Shown: positions 25,871 to 39,462 of the stretch, piece after piece
How the letters are laid out: the number at the start of each line of letters is the position of its first letter
Position numbering within the stretch: the first letter of the stretch is position 1
Assembly: GCA_951406725.2 (NCBI GenBank)
Contig: OX597822.1
Span: 57,846,001-57,910,000, forward strand
Source: Octopus vulgaris
Lineage: Eukaryota
Direction: 5' to 3'
Length of the DNA: 64,000 nt
Notes under the pieces: model-generated
The model's input: only the letters and a program-made list of their open reading frames with translations
What the model was told of the DNA's origin: nothing
Database searches by the model: none
Program-made: the position numbers and the translations under genes

Positions 25871-27686
25871 ATATAGAGATATCAAAAATCAAATGATGTC
25901 AGTGCCTGAAGCTTTTTATATACTGAAGAAAGGCCTTGCACAGGATCAGTCCATTTCTTTAAACAATATATGCATTTGCCCCAAAAGAACTAGTCAACAT
26001 CATTGGATGCAAATGAAGGCCCAGGTGTTACATCAGTTTTCTTTCCAGAGAGATGTCTAGAAGTCGGGGCTCACACGCCCTGCTGTTGAGGCCATTGACT
26101 CCTAAGTTTATCTATGCTTTGACAGCTTTTGATTTTCGCCTTGCAAGGTGTCAAACAGAAACCATTCTCGTTACCAATCAGGCTTGGTAAAGTTGCCGGT
26201 TTGATCGCTGACAGCCCAACCATGCGACAGGTTGTATTGCGTTACATGATAGCAACAGCACTAAGAATGACCTGACATACATAGAGACATACAAAACACG
26301 TACATATATCTATATTATTAGTTTTATTTGGTGTCCAAATTTGTTAGAGTCAAAGTCAAAACTTACATCCTGCATAGCTTGTGTGTGAGGCAATACAGTT
26401 TCGTTTCTTGAAACTGCATTAACTGGTCTGCAAAAGCCCTTTGGGCACACATTAATACCATTTTTTATGTTTTTTTTTTTTTTCCTTGGTAAACCCAACA
26501 TCTATGTGACAAATCCTATAACATGCAACACAGATGAGTCAAGATATTCCACCACTCACCAACCCACCTAAACAAGATAACGTGGTTATAGAAACAAATA
26601 AAAGACAAGGTTTGAAATATTGACTCAGTTAAACAGATGATGTGGGAAGTGGTGGCGATGGAGGTGGGAAGGGTCACAGTAGCTAGGGTTATTAGGGTTA
26701 TCATAATAAACATTTACATTTGCGACCCGTAAAGATATACATGTTCACATACAAATGTACAGAGTCTACACACACACAATATAAACAGATAGATAGATAG
26801 ATAGACAGACAGCTAGATAGATAGCATGGAGTTTAATGACCTTTAATTTGTTTTATATATTTCTTGATATGTGTGTGTGTGTATGTACACACACACATAT
26901 ATATGAGTCAATGAAGCAGCCTGTGTGATAGCTAGAAATAGCAGTCAAATCTCATTCAAATCATTCTAGTCTTGGAAAGAAAGGAGACATTAGATAATGT
27001 AGTCCTAGAGTGCCCCTAAAATTCAGATGGTCATCACTAGAATACCTCTGGTCATGTCTGCTCAATGAAGAGTGACCGGCGACTAAACACAGACCCCCAA
27101 ACACACATACATAGTGGCAAACATGAGTTTCTCTTGGTTGTTCAAATTCCAAAGAAATCTTGACAATCAGAATCTGATTATTTTTAAGACACACATAAAT
27201 GCTTGCATATATATATATATATATACATACATATATATATATATATACATATATATACATATATATATATTTATATTGGTAGATATGTATGTATATATAT
27301 ATATATACATTTCTATATATATATATATATATATATACATACATCTATATATATATATATATACATAGATATATCAATGTGTGTATGTATACATACATAC
27401 GCACAAATGCGTACACACACAGATGCATACATACGTACATGTTTACACAGAAACAAAAAGGGAAAATGCTTGAGATCTATACATATACAGTCACATAGAT
27501 ACAGAACCATGAATATATCATAACTGTCGATGGAAAAAGTATTTCGATTTCTCAGAAATATCGATGACCTTTTCATTTTTCTCCACCGTTCTTTTTTTCT
27601 TTCTTTTTTTTTTTTAATTTCCCACCTGTTATCCCTTTATTTACGTTTTTTGTCTTAAACGATAGAAACTAATAAGCGCTGTTTAC

Positions 27687-28320
27687 CTTTAGGGACATTC
27701 TGAAGACTCTTCTGTTTATAATTCCATTTACATCGAGGATGTCTTATAGGAAGAATAAGACCGTAAGGCAAGGCATGTAAAAATCGTTCCGATAGCCTGT
27801 GCGTCCGACAGATCTCTTCTCAGCCCGACCGACCGACCGCCTGTCCTTCAATTAATGGACTGAAGCAATAATGTTTCAAGTAACCACCAGTTAACAACCG
27901 CACAAGTTTCAAGCGGCAGCTTTCGGCATTTCAACGTTGCTTGTTGTTGTTCTTATTGCTGCTGTTTGTTGTATATCTGTTAATCTTGTTACTCAACCGC
28001 TGCGCGGGTACCTTAAAATCTCGCTGACATACCTTCTATTTTTTTTTTCTTATGTTTCATTGTATATGTTTTTCTTTCAATTTTTACAGTTCGTGGTTTT
28101 TTTTCTTTTCTCTTTTGTATGTCCTTGTTGTTGCTGATTTCTTATATCGGATTATAGTTGTGCAGTTCCTGTTTCTTCCGTCTAGTGTTGTTATTAGGTT
28201 ACTTAGATAACAAAACATCGAAACACCGCCCACCTCTCCGAATATCGTTTCAACGCAAGATCCACCACTGCCATCTATCGTAGACTCGTAGACTCAGAAC
28301 TGCGACTATCAATACACTCA
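27687..28320 (-). promoter_or_regulatory. CpG-retaining island; candidate first exon ending AAG|GTAAAC
   Basis: Unique CpG-rich sequence at 27.5-28.4 kb; minus-strand ATG TCC CTA AAG (27698-27687) directly before a GT donor. Confidence 0.3.
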
Positions 28321-28505
28321 CTCACACATACACGTGCAGGTGTCATTATGTAAGAACTACAACTACACGCATACATACACACATATGGGTTAAGACGCAT
28401 ACATCTATATATGTGTGACTGTGTGTATGTATGTAAGAGAGAGCGAGAGAGACTGCGACTTCATCTTTCCATTAATCCATGCTGTAAAATTCTACCATTT
28501 CAAGT

Positions 28506-28611
<106 letters not shown>

Positions 28612-30695
28612 TATGTGTGTGTGTGTAGCTATCTATCTGTGTGTGTGTGGGGGATGTATGTATGCATGTATATATGTATAATCGTCTTCTACTTTCGTTT
28701 TTGTATTTAAGGATAGTTTGAACGCTTGTTTATTCCAGTACAATGGCTTGCTACTTATTGCAATCTATTCACACAGTAGAGTAAACTCCCAATCTTTGTT
28801 GTTATGTAGGTCATGTTTTGTTTCGTTTTCTTTAATTTTTTGTTTTTTTATGTGTAACATGATTTTTATGGTGGAATGCCTTTCCTATCATCAACCACTT
28901 CACAGCATGAACTGAGTCTATTTTATTATACCCTCAACATTAGGCAGGTTTGAAACAGCAGGCAGAGTGAGATGCTGATATACATTTTACTGTAAGTGCC
29001 CAATGGATGCTCAATGCAACAGAGAATCTGTGGTCTCTGAAACAGTATGCCTGACACCAGTAATATGATGTATATACAGAAATACATAGGGCCCCTTTAA
29101 AGCAAGGTTAAATTGTCATAATTCTTCATTTAGGATCCAGGAAAGGTGCAATGTTACAACTTTAGCTAGTTATAATTGATTGTTATTAAAGGATATAACA
29201 TCATAGAATATCAACCAGAGGTTGCTGGAACAATCTCAGTTGTATCTTAATAAAAGGAGATGCTGACTCTGCTTGATGGAAGAGAGAATCATTCTTAAAA
29301 ATTCACACAATCTAGACACTTTCTTGAACTTCAAATGGGAAATTTTCAACTGATGTCTTTATAAATGTAAATTCGTTTTGACAACAGAGTCATGTCCATC
29401 TTTGAAACAGCGAATGATACACATGCAGCTTACACACTTCACCCATGGCTAACACCAATCCATGGGGAATAATTCTTCCTTTCCAAAAATATTTTTTCAT
29501 TAAATTTTATTCCACTCTTGACACTGCCTAACAAAGAGTCATGGTACCTCCAGCATAGAAGAATCTATGCACTTTTGACCAGCAAGTCTGAACAGTCATC
29601 AATATTGTCTAGAGGCAATATTTTGCATGAAACTAATGGTAACATTCTGACAGTTGTTTTTTTTCTTTTAAAGGAGCATAAAGATAAATGCATTCTTCAT
29701 AACTTTCTCGTAATATTTCAAAATGTATTCAAGCAAAAATATTGGAAAACAAGCTCAAATTACCAGGTGAATGATCAGAAATGTGCCACTCAAAGTGCTG
29801 GAATTATGAGCCTTTCAGTTGCATTGTTTTAAAGAATACTCTACACTTTCGTTTTGAATTCTGAGGTTTGTTTGGTGTTTGCATATGTTTTGTGGTTAAG
29901 AATGATTCCTCTTCTTCTTCTTCTTGACCTCAGCAAACTGGCTGGATCATTACTGCGCCAGGCAAAATGCTTCATGACATTTCTTCTGACTTTACATTCT
30001 CAGTTCAAATGCCACAAAGTTGACTTTGCCTTTTATCTTTTGGGGGTCAATATAATAAGTATCAGTCAAGCCCTGGGGTTGATGATATTGACATATTCCT
30101 TCCTCTAAAATTGTTGGCCTTGTGTCAAAATTCAAAACTATTACTGTTGTTATTGCTGCTTGCTGTGAATGTATGCAATTTACAGAAGTCTACTTAGAAG
30201 TGATTTCTTCAGGTATAAACTGATAGAAAAAAACCCCAAGGGAAATGCCAAGCAGTTGATAGAAACTGTGCAAAAGCCTATTATGTGAGTGTGTGTGTAT
30301 GTTTGGATCAAAACAGTTTGATCCAAATTCCATGCTACTTGAAGTTTCAAAGCTCGTGAAGCTTATCATCAGGCAGTAGAAATTTCAAATTGTTTTTATT
30401 ATTGCTGAGCATAAACACAAACATTTATATATATATATATATTCAGGATATATGACAGAGACTTCAAAGTTTTAACCAGCTAAGCCATTGTCAGATGATG
30501 GCTTAACTGGCTAAAGTCACAGTCAGTAACATTCTTATCTAAAAATAATATATATATAAGATATTTAATCCATACTCATTAGTTTGAAAAAATATATATC
30601 CTGCTTCACCTTTGACTCATTAATGTGTGTGTATGTGTCTATGTAAATCGTATTTGTGGTATTTAAGTCAGTAAAAGAAAGGCAACTCTCTAGAG

Positions 30696-30896
30696 CAGTG
30701 GTTTTCAACCAGGGTTCCGCCAGTACAGTCCAGGGGTTCTGCAAGAAGTTACAAAACTGCTAAAATCGGCAGTAATTTTAAATTCTCCTGTGCAGATATG
30801 TGTGCATAAGACTATTAAATTATTACACAGGGGTTCCTCGAGCCAGTGGAATGTTTCCTTGGGGTTCCGCCCCAGCAAAAATGCTGAAAAGCACTG
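30696..30896. mobile_element. hAT MITE with perfect 8-bp TSD
   Basis: TIRs cagtggttttca / tgaaaagcactg; TSD ctctagag at 30688-30695 and 30897-30904; a second hAT-like end starts at 30905. Confidence 0.9.
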
Positions 30897-31944
30897 CTCT
30901 AGAGCATCAGTTCTCAAACAGTGTGTCTTGGAAAACCAGTGCATGGCAAGGGGTATCTTGGTACACCACAGATTTTAACTGCATGATTAAACTTTTAGAA
31001 AAGTCGATACTTATGCTTTAGCATTTTGTAAAACATTGTTATTCATAATTTTGTAACACATCAGTATGCTTAATTAAATAAGGTAAGCAATAGTTTTCTG
31101 TACGAATTTTATGGAAAATCTTAACCGAGAAACACTTTGGTGTTGTTTAGTTGCTTTTGTTTTGACATTTCATGCAAAGCTTGCCTATAATTTTAAATTT
31201 TTATATGAAATGCACTAGTAATTTTGAACTCTTCTACTTGTTCTGTTTATCACATGTGTGATGGATCACACATGATAAACATTCCCAATTTTTGTTTTTT
31301 TTTAACCACCAGAATAACTTGGGACTTATGAAATGAAGGCTTCATATTACTCAAAACGTATGAAACAAAGGCTAATTAAAAGTCCTGAAAAGAAAACAAG
31401 CATGGACATGCACGTCATGCTTATGAAAATTCTTTGGATAGGCAAAAGATTAACATTCCAAGCAAATTTAATAGCCAGTTAATTTCTGTGTGTCAGTATG
31501 TCACACTTAGACCCCCCCTCCTCACTATTCAATAACACTCCTGCTATTCCTCATGAAAGGGTGAGGGTAATAGTAGGCATAGAGACAGTGAGGGTGGTGG
31601 CAAAGACTGACAGAGAGGGAGAGAAATTTAGGGAGAGTTCATGATGTTCTAGTAAAAGTAGTAGTGTTGATGGTGGAAGTGGGAGTAATAAAAGAGAGAG
31701 AAAGAGGGAGATGATGTACAACTTTGTTTAACTATGTCTCTTTGAAGGAAATTCCAGTCGCCAACATACTGAACACTGTCATTTTCATTTTATTTTTTTG
31801 CTTTCTTTTATACATATATACATACACACACACACACACATATATATATATAAAAATACACTTTAATTGAAATAAAGTTTCCCCAAAATTAAACATATCT
31901 AATATAATAAACGTCAGTGTGTCACACTTTTTCAACTTTAATAA

Positions 31945-32161
31945 ATCCTTTCTACTTGAAGCACAAGGCCTCAAATTTTTGGGGAAAGGATTAAGTTGAT
32001 TACATCAGCCCCAGTACATAACTGGTACTAATTTTATCAACCCCAAAAGGATGAAAGGCAAAGTCAACCTTGGCAGAATTCAAACTCAAAACCTAATGGC
32101 GGATGAACTACCACTAAGCATTTCACCCAGCATGCTAATGATTCTGCCAGGTTACTGCCTT
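31945..32161 (-). mobile_element. SINE family B
   Basis: Matches the family B core and head. Confidence 0.8.
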
Positions 32162-32576
32162 AATGTAATATAATAATATAATATGATATAATATAATATA
32201 ATATATGATATGATATAATAAATGTGAATGTCAGTGTCACACTTTTTCAACTTTACTCCTCGAGGCCATAGCCCAACATATCATACCATTTTGGAATCAA
32301 GCTGACTCCGTGAGTAAATTAAAAATATTCCAGACCAAATCCAGACCCACAATCCTGAAATTTGAGATTCCCAAGTTTTCATTACTGTGATTGTTTTTGA
32401 TAATTTTTTTACATGGCTTTTTAGGACAATTTTTATAATCTAAAGGCTAACTCTGTGAGTAAATTAAGAACATTTTGGGCCAAATCCGGACCTGCAATCC
32501 TGAAAGTTTGGATTCCTATGTTTTCATTACTGTGATTGTTTCCAGCGATTTTTTTAACATGATTTTTTGCAACAAA

Positions 32577-32660
32577 TATGATCATCATTGGGAAATGACT
32601 CTGGAGGAAGCAATTGCAAGAAATTCTCCAAAACAAATCAGAGATCTGTTTGCAGATCTT
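32577..32660 (+). mobile_element. Helitron Rep/helicase fragment
   Basis: DHHWEMTLEEAIARNSPKQIRDLFA resembles the D..W..TL.EA.....P.QIR.LFA segment of Helitron RepHel; preceded by a ~130-bp tandem duplication (32300-32575). Confidence 0.6.
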
Positions 32661-32714
32661 CCCATTCAGGGTCAGTTGCTTAAAAGCTGCCCTAATGGGT
32701 GGCTTTTAAGCTCG

Positions 32715-32770
<56 letters not shown>

Positions 32771-32774
<4 letters not shown>

Positions 32775-33040
32775 GAGGTGCTGAAAAGTTCCTGGCTTTA
32801 AGGTTATCACAAAATGCTTGGTTGGAGGCCCTGAAAAGTTCCTGGCTTTAAGGTTATCACAAAATGCTTGGTTGGAGGCCCAACCTTCTGAGTTCTTTTA
32901 CAGGGCTTAGAAAAACTGAAGGACCACTGCAATAAGTGTGTGAATCTGAGAGGGGAATATGTTGAATAAAATCATAATTAACTGGTCCTCCTGCATTTTC
33001 TTTTACCCAAAGCATCCAAGAACTTTTCAGTACCTCTTCA
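32771..33040. mobile_element. mariner-type MITE with internal 50-bp tandem duplication
   Basis: TIRs tgaggaggtgctgaaaagttc / gaacttttcagtacctcttca; TA flanks; 32781-32830 = 32831-32880. Confidence 0.85.
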
Positions 33041-33851
33041 TATGTGTGTATGACAAACTTCTTTCAATTTCTTTCTATCAAATTTACTTGCAAGACTTTG
33101 GTCAGTCCAGGGCTGGGCTATAACAAAAGTCATTTACCCAAGGTGTCCACTGTGGAACTGAATCTTAAACCTACAGCTATGCTTGCACCCCAGCAATATT
33201 TTGTGTAATATTTTGCACTATGAAGTCAAAGAAATTTTGGGCCACTGCCCCAAAGGCATTTAACTCTTGTGAACTTTGGCATTTTATAGATATCAACACA
33301 AAACAATAAGTACCTGTCAAACTACTGAAGTCAATATAATTGACTAAAACCCTTTAAAGTTGTGCCTCGACTTTAATACAATTGAATTCAGTAACAGTAT
33401 AAAGGAACAATACTCTGAGTCATAAATTCATTTGTTATATTGTGTCATATGAAGGCTTTCACTTTATATGTGAACAACAGTTCAGTTTACTTACAAGCCA
33501 TCTCTCCTTTACTCTTTCTCTTTTTTTTTACTCTCTCTCCCTCTGTCCTTTTCTTTCACACACTCTCTTTCCCTCTCTCATTCATTTCATTGGAAATCAT
33601 AAGTATGAAGAAGCAAAGTCAATTTAACTGGGAGTGTACTTAGCACTCCATAATACTCTTTCACACCACACACACACACATGCACGTGCATATATTATCA
33701 TTATCATCATCATAGTTTTGTTTCCCATCTGGCATAGGTTAGTCTGTTTTGTCACAATCTATGTCAAGTACTTATTGAAAGTTACTGTCCTATTAGACAT
33801 GTCAGAGTATCACATCTCACTCAGATATCATTTATGCACACACACAATATA

Positions 33852-35134
33852 TGAGGAAAAGTCAAAAATTATACGTACTCTTATTTTTTCAATGTATTTA
33901 CACAAAAGCAGGGGATAAACAAGTGCATTACTTTTTAAATATTGTCCTTCCTTTTCGATGCATTTGTTCCAGTGGTCCACAAGCTTGCGCATTCCCTCCA
34001 AGAAGAAGGTTTTTGGTTGGTCATGCAACCATTTCTGCACTACTTCCTTCACATCTTCATCTGTTGGAAATCAATGACCTCATAAACCATCTTTGAGAGG
34101 ACCATAGATATGATAGTTAGAAGGGGCAAGATCTAGGCAGGGTGTTCCAGCACCTCAAAACCCAATTGGTTAATGGCTTCAATAGTCTGGGTGGCTGTGT
34201 GTGGGAAGGCACTGTCATGCAACAACAAAACTTTCTTCAGCAATAGCCTTTGGCATTTGTTGCGAATTGCTGGCTTCAGATTGTTGGCCAGAAAACGACT
34301 GCATCTTGCACTGTTGATCATATACTCCTTCACCAGGTAGTCTTCCAATATAGGTCCTTTTGAGTCCCAAAAGAGGGTTAGCATCACCTTTCCCATGGAA
34401 GACTGAGTCTTGAATTTCTTTGTTGCTAGCAAGCCAGGATGTTTCCACTCCATGCTCTATCTTTTGGATTCTGCTTCATAATAATGAACCCGTTTCATCT
34501 TCTGTGACTATTCTTCTCAAAAATTCCTCTCTCATTGTTGTAGCGATCAAGTAAACATTGGCAAGCTTCAAGACGTTTGCACTTGTGCTCTGCAGTAAGC
34601 TCTTTTGGCACCCATCTTGCACAAACTTTATGGAAGCCAAGCTTATCATGGATGATTTTATAGGGAGAACCATGACTAATCTGCAGAGAACAAGCTACCT
34701 TATTGGTTCACCATTACCACCTCTCAAGCTTGCTGAATCTTCTCATCAGTGGTGGAGGTCGATGGGCGTCCTGCTCCGTCCCCATGCATTATGCTTGTCC
34801 AGCCACTTTTAAACTTCTTGATCCACTCATACACACTTCTATACAGTAGTGCACTGTCCCCGTATTGTGCTAAAAGCCTCCGATGAATTTCAGCACCTGA
34901 CACAACTTTCGACCAAAGTAAACAGATCACTGCACTTCGTTCTTTGGTGCACATTGCTAGTGGTGTGGCCATGCTTACACTGTAAAACCAGAAAGAAAAA
35001 TGGTGTGATTAGGCTCAAACTTCGGTCACATAACCACAATAATACCTACAATAAATACACACGCACAGAAGGCAGTGTAACAATAATAAAGATATGTTAT
35101 GGCGAAAGTGTGGATACTTTTTGACTTCCTCTTG
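33852..35134 (-). mobile_element. Full-length (~1.28 kb) decayed mariner transposon
   Basis: ~28-bp TIRs, TA TSD; frameshifted transposase: AEIHRRLLAQYGD..VYEWIKKFKSG, WVPK, IVTEDET, GKVMLTLFWD, LLHDSAFPH. Confidence 0.93.
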
Positions 35135-35139
35135 TATAT

Positions 35140-35179
<40 letters not shown>

Positions 35180-35959
35180 CAATAGGGTAATAAGAAAGTA
35201 TTATTACCAGTGGCCTAGCACAAAAACGAATTAGTCATTAGACTATATATTATTCACTTAGAAACGTTTTTAACTTTCATTCCTTTTAAAAATGTATCCT
35301 TATTTGGTGGTTTTGAGTTTTCTACTGCTCTTTCTAGCACAAGGCTTTCCTATTTGGAAGCCTCTTATTGTATTTCTATATATATATATATATACATACA
35401 CACACATGTAAATGGATGCAGACACACACATATGTGCAGACATAGCTGTATGGTAAAAAGCTTGCTTCCCAACTGCATGGTTTTAGGTTCAGCTCCACTC
35501 TATGTCACCTTGGGCAAGTGTCTTCTGCTATAAGGCACAAGCCAACCAAAGTGTTGCAAGTGGCTTTGGTAAACAGAAATTGAAAGAAGAGGAACCAGGT
35601 ATATATATATATGTGTGTATGTACTTACATATCAAATAATATTTTTTAATTCTCTGTCTGAAGAATTTCTGATATGAAATTGCTTATATATTTATCTAAC
35701 ATGTACTACTTCATGATTCCTATTAGAAAATGAAACTTGTATAATGGTGAATAAATAATACCCAAAAATTTTCCAACTTCCTGTTTTGTTTTATAATAAC
35801 TCTGCAAACAATATTTCCTCACATTAGTAAAACAACAACAACAACAACAATTACTACATATTGGATTGTAAAACTGGAATAAGTAGATGTGCTTCAAGAG
35901 GACACAGCTTAGATTTTCCCTTACTTACATAAGATATATGTATATTTATATATATATAA

Positions 35960-36912
35960 AAGATACAAAAAGGGGATAAGAACGCAAAACATCCAGACAG
36001 TGAAACAAAAAAGGGACAGCAAAACAGCCAGACAAACGATACAAAGAAAACAAGGATGGGACATTTGGAGTTTTCTATCCTCAGTCGAATTCCAGATTAT
36101 CTTTGCAATTTCGGCTGGTTATACTCCAATCTGGCCAGCCCCAAGGAAAAACTAAACTAAGAGCATTAGATTCCTTGGAAGAAAGCAGCGACTGTATACG
36201 AAAACAAGGACAGAAAAAAACAGAGAAATGTTACACAAGTACAAATGCAATTAACAGGACATAACAATGGGTGTCTTTTGACTAAGGACGAATTAAATTA
36301 AGCTGGCATGTGTGGATGTAAAGCCTTGCGGCAGGGTCATAAGATTTAACTGGCACAGGGAGGTATATAGATGTTGCACAGATGGTAGTCTAAAAAAGAA
36401 AGGTCAGGCCTGGCCGAACACCGGTCACATGGGGAGAGAAGTAGAGGCAGAGGGATAGAAGAATTAAGGAGGGGCGAGAAAAAAATGAAAGAGACACAGT
36501 GAAGGGAAAGTGAGCATGAAGAGAAGGCCAAGAAATGTGAGAGAGGGGGGGACGAAGAGTAGAATGAACAAAGTGTGAAAGGGCTGATAGAAAGAAGGAA
36601 AGAATAGATATATATATACTTACATATAAGAGACCAAAGTGTACATACACCACTATATTTTAAATATAAAAAATACAAAAATGGGAGAACGCAAAACATC
36701 AAGACAGTTAGGTGATACAAAAAAGGGACAACAAAACATCCAGGCAGATGATACAAAGAAAACAAGGACGGATCATTCAGAGTTTTCTATCCTCAGTCAA
36801 GTTCCAGATTATCTTTGCAATTTTGGCTGGTTATACTCAAGACTGCTCCAATGTGGCAAACCCTAAGGAAAAACTAAGCTAAGAGCATTAGATTCCTTGG
36901 AAGAAAGCAGCA
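35960..36912 (-). mobile_element. Structured repeat element with partial tandem duplication
   Basis: 35960-36190 recurs at 36670-36912; third copy at 50631-51003 (+); flanked by (TA)n. Confidence 0.75.
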
Positions 36913-37129
36913 ATATATATATAGAGAGAGAGAAAGGGGGGAGATGTTTGTATTTGTCCTCCACCACCACTTTGCATCCATTCTTAGTGGTTTGGTAAAA
37001 GAGACCAATGAAAATATGTACCAGACATTAAAAATAAGCAATAGGATCAATTTGTTAAACCAAAGCCTTCAAAGCAGTACCTCAAAAGGGCCAAAGTTCA
37101 ATGATTGAAACATGTAAAAGCATATAAAA

Positions 37130-37735
37130 AAGAATGGCTGGGTGGTGAGAAGCTTGCTTTCTCACCATTTGGATCTGGGTTCAGTTCCACTGTGTGACAC
37201 CTTGAGCAAGTGTCTTCTACTATAGCCTCAGGCCAACCAAAGCCTTGTAAGTTGATTTGGTAGATGGAAACTGAAAGAAGCCTGTCATATATATACATAG
37301 CAAAATAATTGAGATTCAGAGAGCAGTATTATCTGTACTACTTCAAAATAAAGTAATTAACAATCAAAATAAGCAACAGGATATCCAGAGGTGATGCAGT
37401 ACGACCCGTTTTAAGGGACTCCATTTCAAGCGTTTCAATTAAATGGAACTACTTACAGATGTACTGCTTCACCTCTGGATATCCTGTTGCTTATTTTGAT
37501 ATATATATATATATGTATATATTTATGCATGTGTGTGTCTGTGTTTGTCCCCATCAACATCTCTTGACAACTGATGTTGGTGTGTTTACGTCCCCATAAC
37601 ATAGCAGTTTGGCAAAAGAGACCGATAGAATAAGTACTAGGCTTACAAAGAATGAGGTTGATTTCTTTGACTAAAACCCTTTTAAGTGGTACTCCAGCAT
37701 GGCCACAGTTAAATGACTGAAACAAGTAAAAGAAT
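37130..37735 (+). mobile_element. SINE family A with a fold-back insertion in its internal microsatellite
   Basis: Head 37130-37295 and tail 37530-37735; 40-bp inverted repeat 37363-37402 / 37461-37500 between them. Confidence 0.75.
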
Positions 37736-37743
37736 ACACATAA

Positions 37744-37782
<39 letters not shown>

Positions 37783-39462
37783 GTGATATGTAACTAAATT
37801 CTTTTTTCTAAATGACTTGCTTTGAAGTTTTGCATTCGGTAAAATTTGTTTATTTTAGTAGTTTTGGCCGCAAGGGCCCCTCCTAGCGTGCGATATCTAT
37901 GAATAGTAGTACCCTCTATATAATATAAATAAATGTTTTCAAAGTGGAAAAATTTACAGATTTTTTCTCTTACGAGGTTTTTCACGCTAACTACTGATAA
38001 TTTCTTATAAAGATTTTATCCTCAATTTTAAATATATATATATATATCATCAACAACATTATCATCATTTTATATCCCTTTTTTAAGCTCACATGGGTTG
38101 AACAGATCAGCCCAGTTCAAGTCATTTCTTATTCAGAGTTACTATTCTCATTTGGCTCATACATTCCAAGTTTTTTTTTTTTTTTGGCATGGGTTGGTTG
38201 AATCTCATTCTTAACGCCAACCACTTTACAAAGTATATTGGGTGCAATTTAGCATAGCAACAGCACTAGAGATATGTTGTCTCGTCCCCAACAAAGAAAA
38301 ACAAAAGATATACAAACATACAATTAATTAGTCAACAAGAAGAGCTTCATTTATAAACTGTTTATTTACCACAAGAGACAATTAAACTTGGTTAACCTGC
38401 CTTATGAAGTAACAAAGTTCTATAGAAATAGCTTGCAGAGCCGAATGAGTGAGACAGAAAATCATTGGGTATACAAAGCATATCTTAACTGAAGACATTT
38501 TAATTGAAGACATCAGGCAAGTAATTTTGCTCAAAGCTATTTCTACTCCACTTAAACATTTCAAGGTCTCATTTAAAATGAATTTACCAACGTTGTTTTC
38601 CCTCTCTAATTTTTTTACTAATTTCTTTTTATTTTGTTAAATATTTTAGGTGCAAGAGATCCACTGTTTAATTGTAAACTCACAAAGAGCTGATTTGATA
38701 TCATTTGTTTGTTTTTTTACCTGTTTCTTTAGAACTGGTGATGGTGCCATGTTAAAAGTATCCAGTACACTCCTGTAAAGTGGTTGGTGTTAAGAGGGCA
38801 TCCAGCTATAGAAAACAAGCCAAAACAGACTACAGAACCTAGTGTATCAGTTCCTGTCAAGTCATCCAACCCATACCAGCATGAAAAATAGATTCTTTGA
38901 TTCTTTTAGTTTTTTTTACTTGTTTCAGTCATTAGACTGCGGCCATGCTGGGGCACTACCTTAAAGAATTTTAGTTGAATAAATCGACCCCAGTACTTTT
39001 TTTCTATTTTTAAGCCTAGTACTTATTCCATCAGTCCCTTTTGCTGAACTGCTAAGTTACAGGGACGTAAACACACCAACATCGGATGTCAAGCAGTGGC
39101 AGGGGACAAACACACACACACATACATATATACAACCAATAAACAACCATTACTCTAGGTCAGCCTTTGTTAAGGGAACCTATTGCCCATAGGTACTTGG
39201 TCAAATGACTACAGGTCTAGAACTCCATCTGGTGGAGGGTCATATTGTAAACTTCAATATTGTTGAAGCAGGAGCGACTAGATAGTAAGAAGTTTGCTTC
39301 CCAACCACATGGTTCCAGGTTCAGTCCTACTGCATGGCACCTTGGGCAAGTGTCTTCTGGTATAGCCTCAGGCCAACCAAATCCTTGTGAGTGGATTCAG
39401 TTGATATAAACTGAAAGAAGCCCATCAGATACATATATATCTACAAATATCGTTGTGTCTGT

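Noticed and set aside
29100-29850. Possible ancient DNA-transposase remnant
   Set aside because: Only vague similarity in broken frames; I cannot support a family call.
35655-35755. Hammerhead candidates (ctgaaga...gaaat; gaaacttgta)
   Set aside because: The stems do not form convincingly; compatible with chance in AT-rich DNA.
38378-38492. Short open frame QLNLVNLPYEVTKFYRNSLQSRMSETENHWVYKAYLN
   Set aside because: No recognisable homology or strong splice signals.
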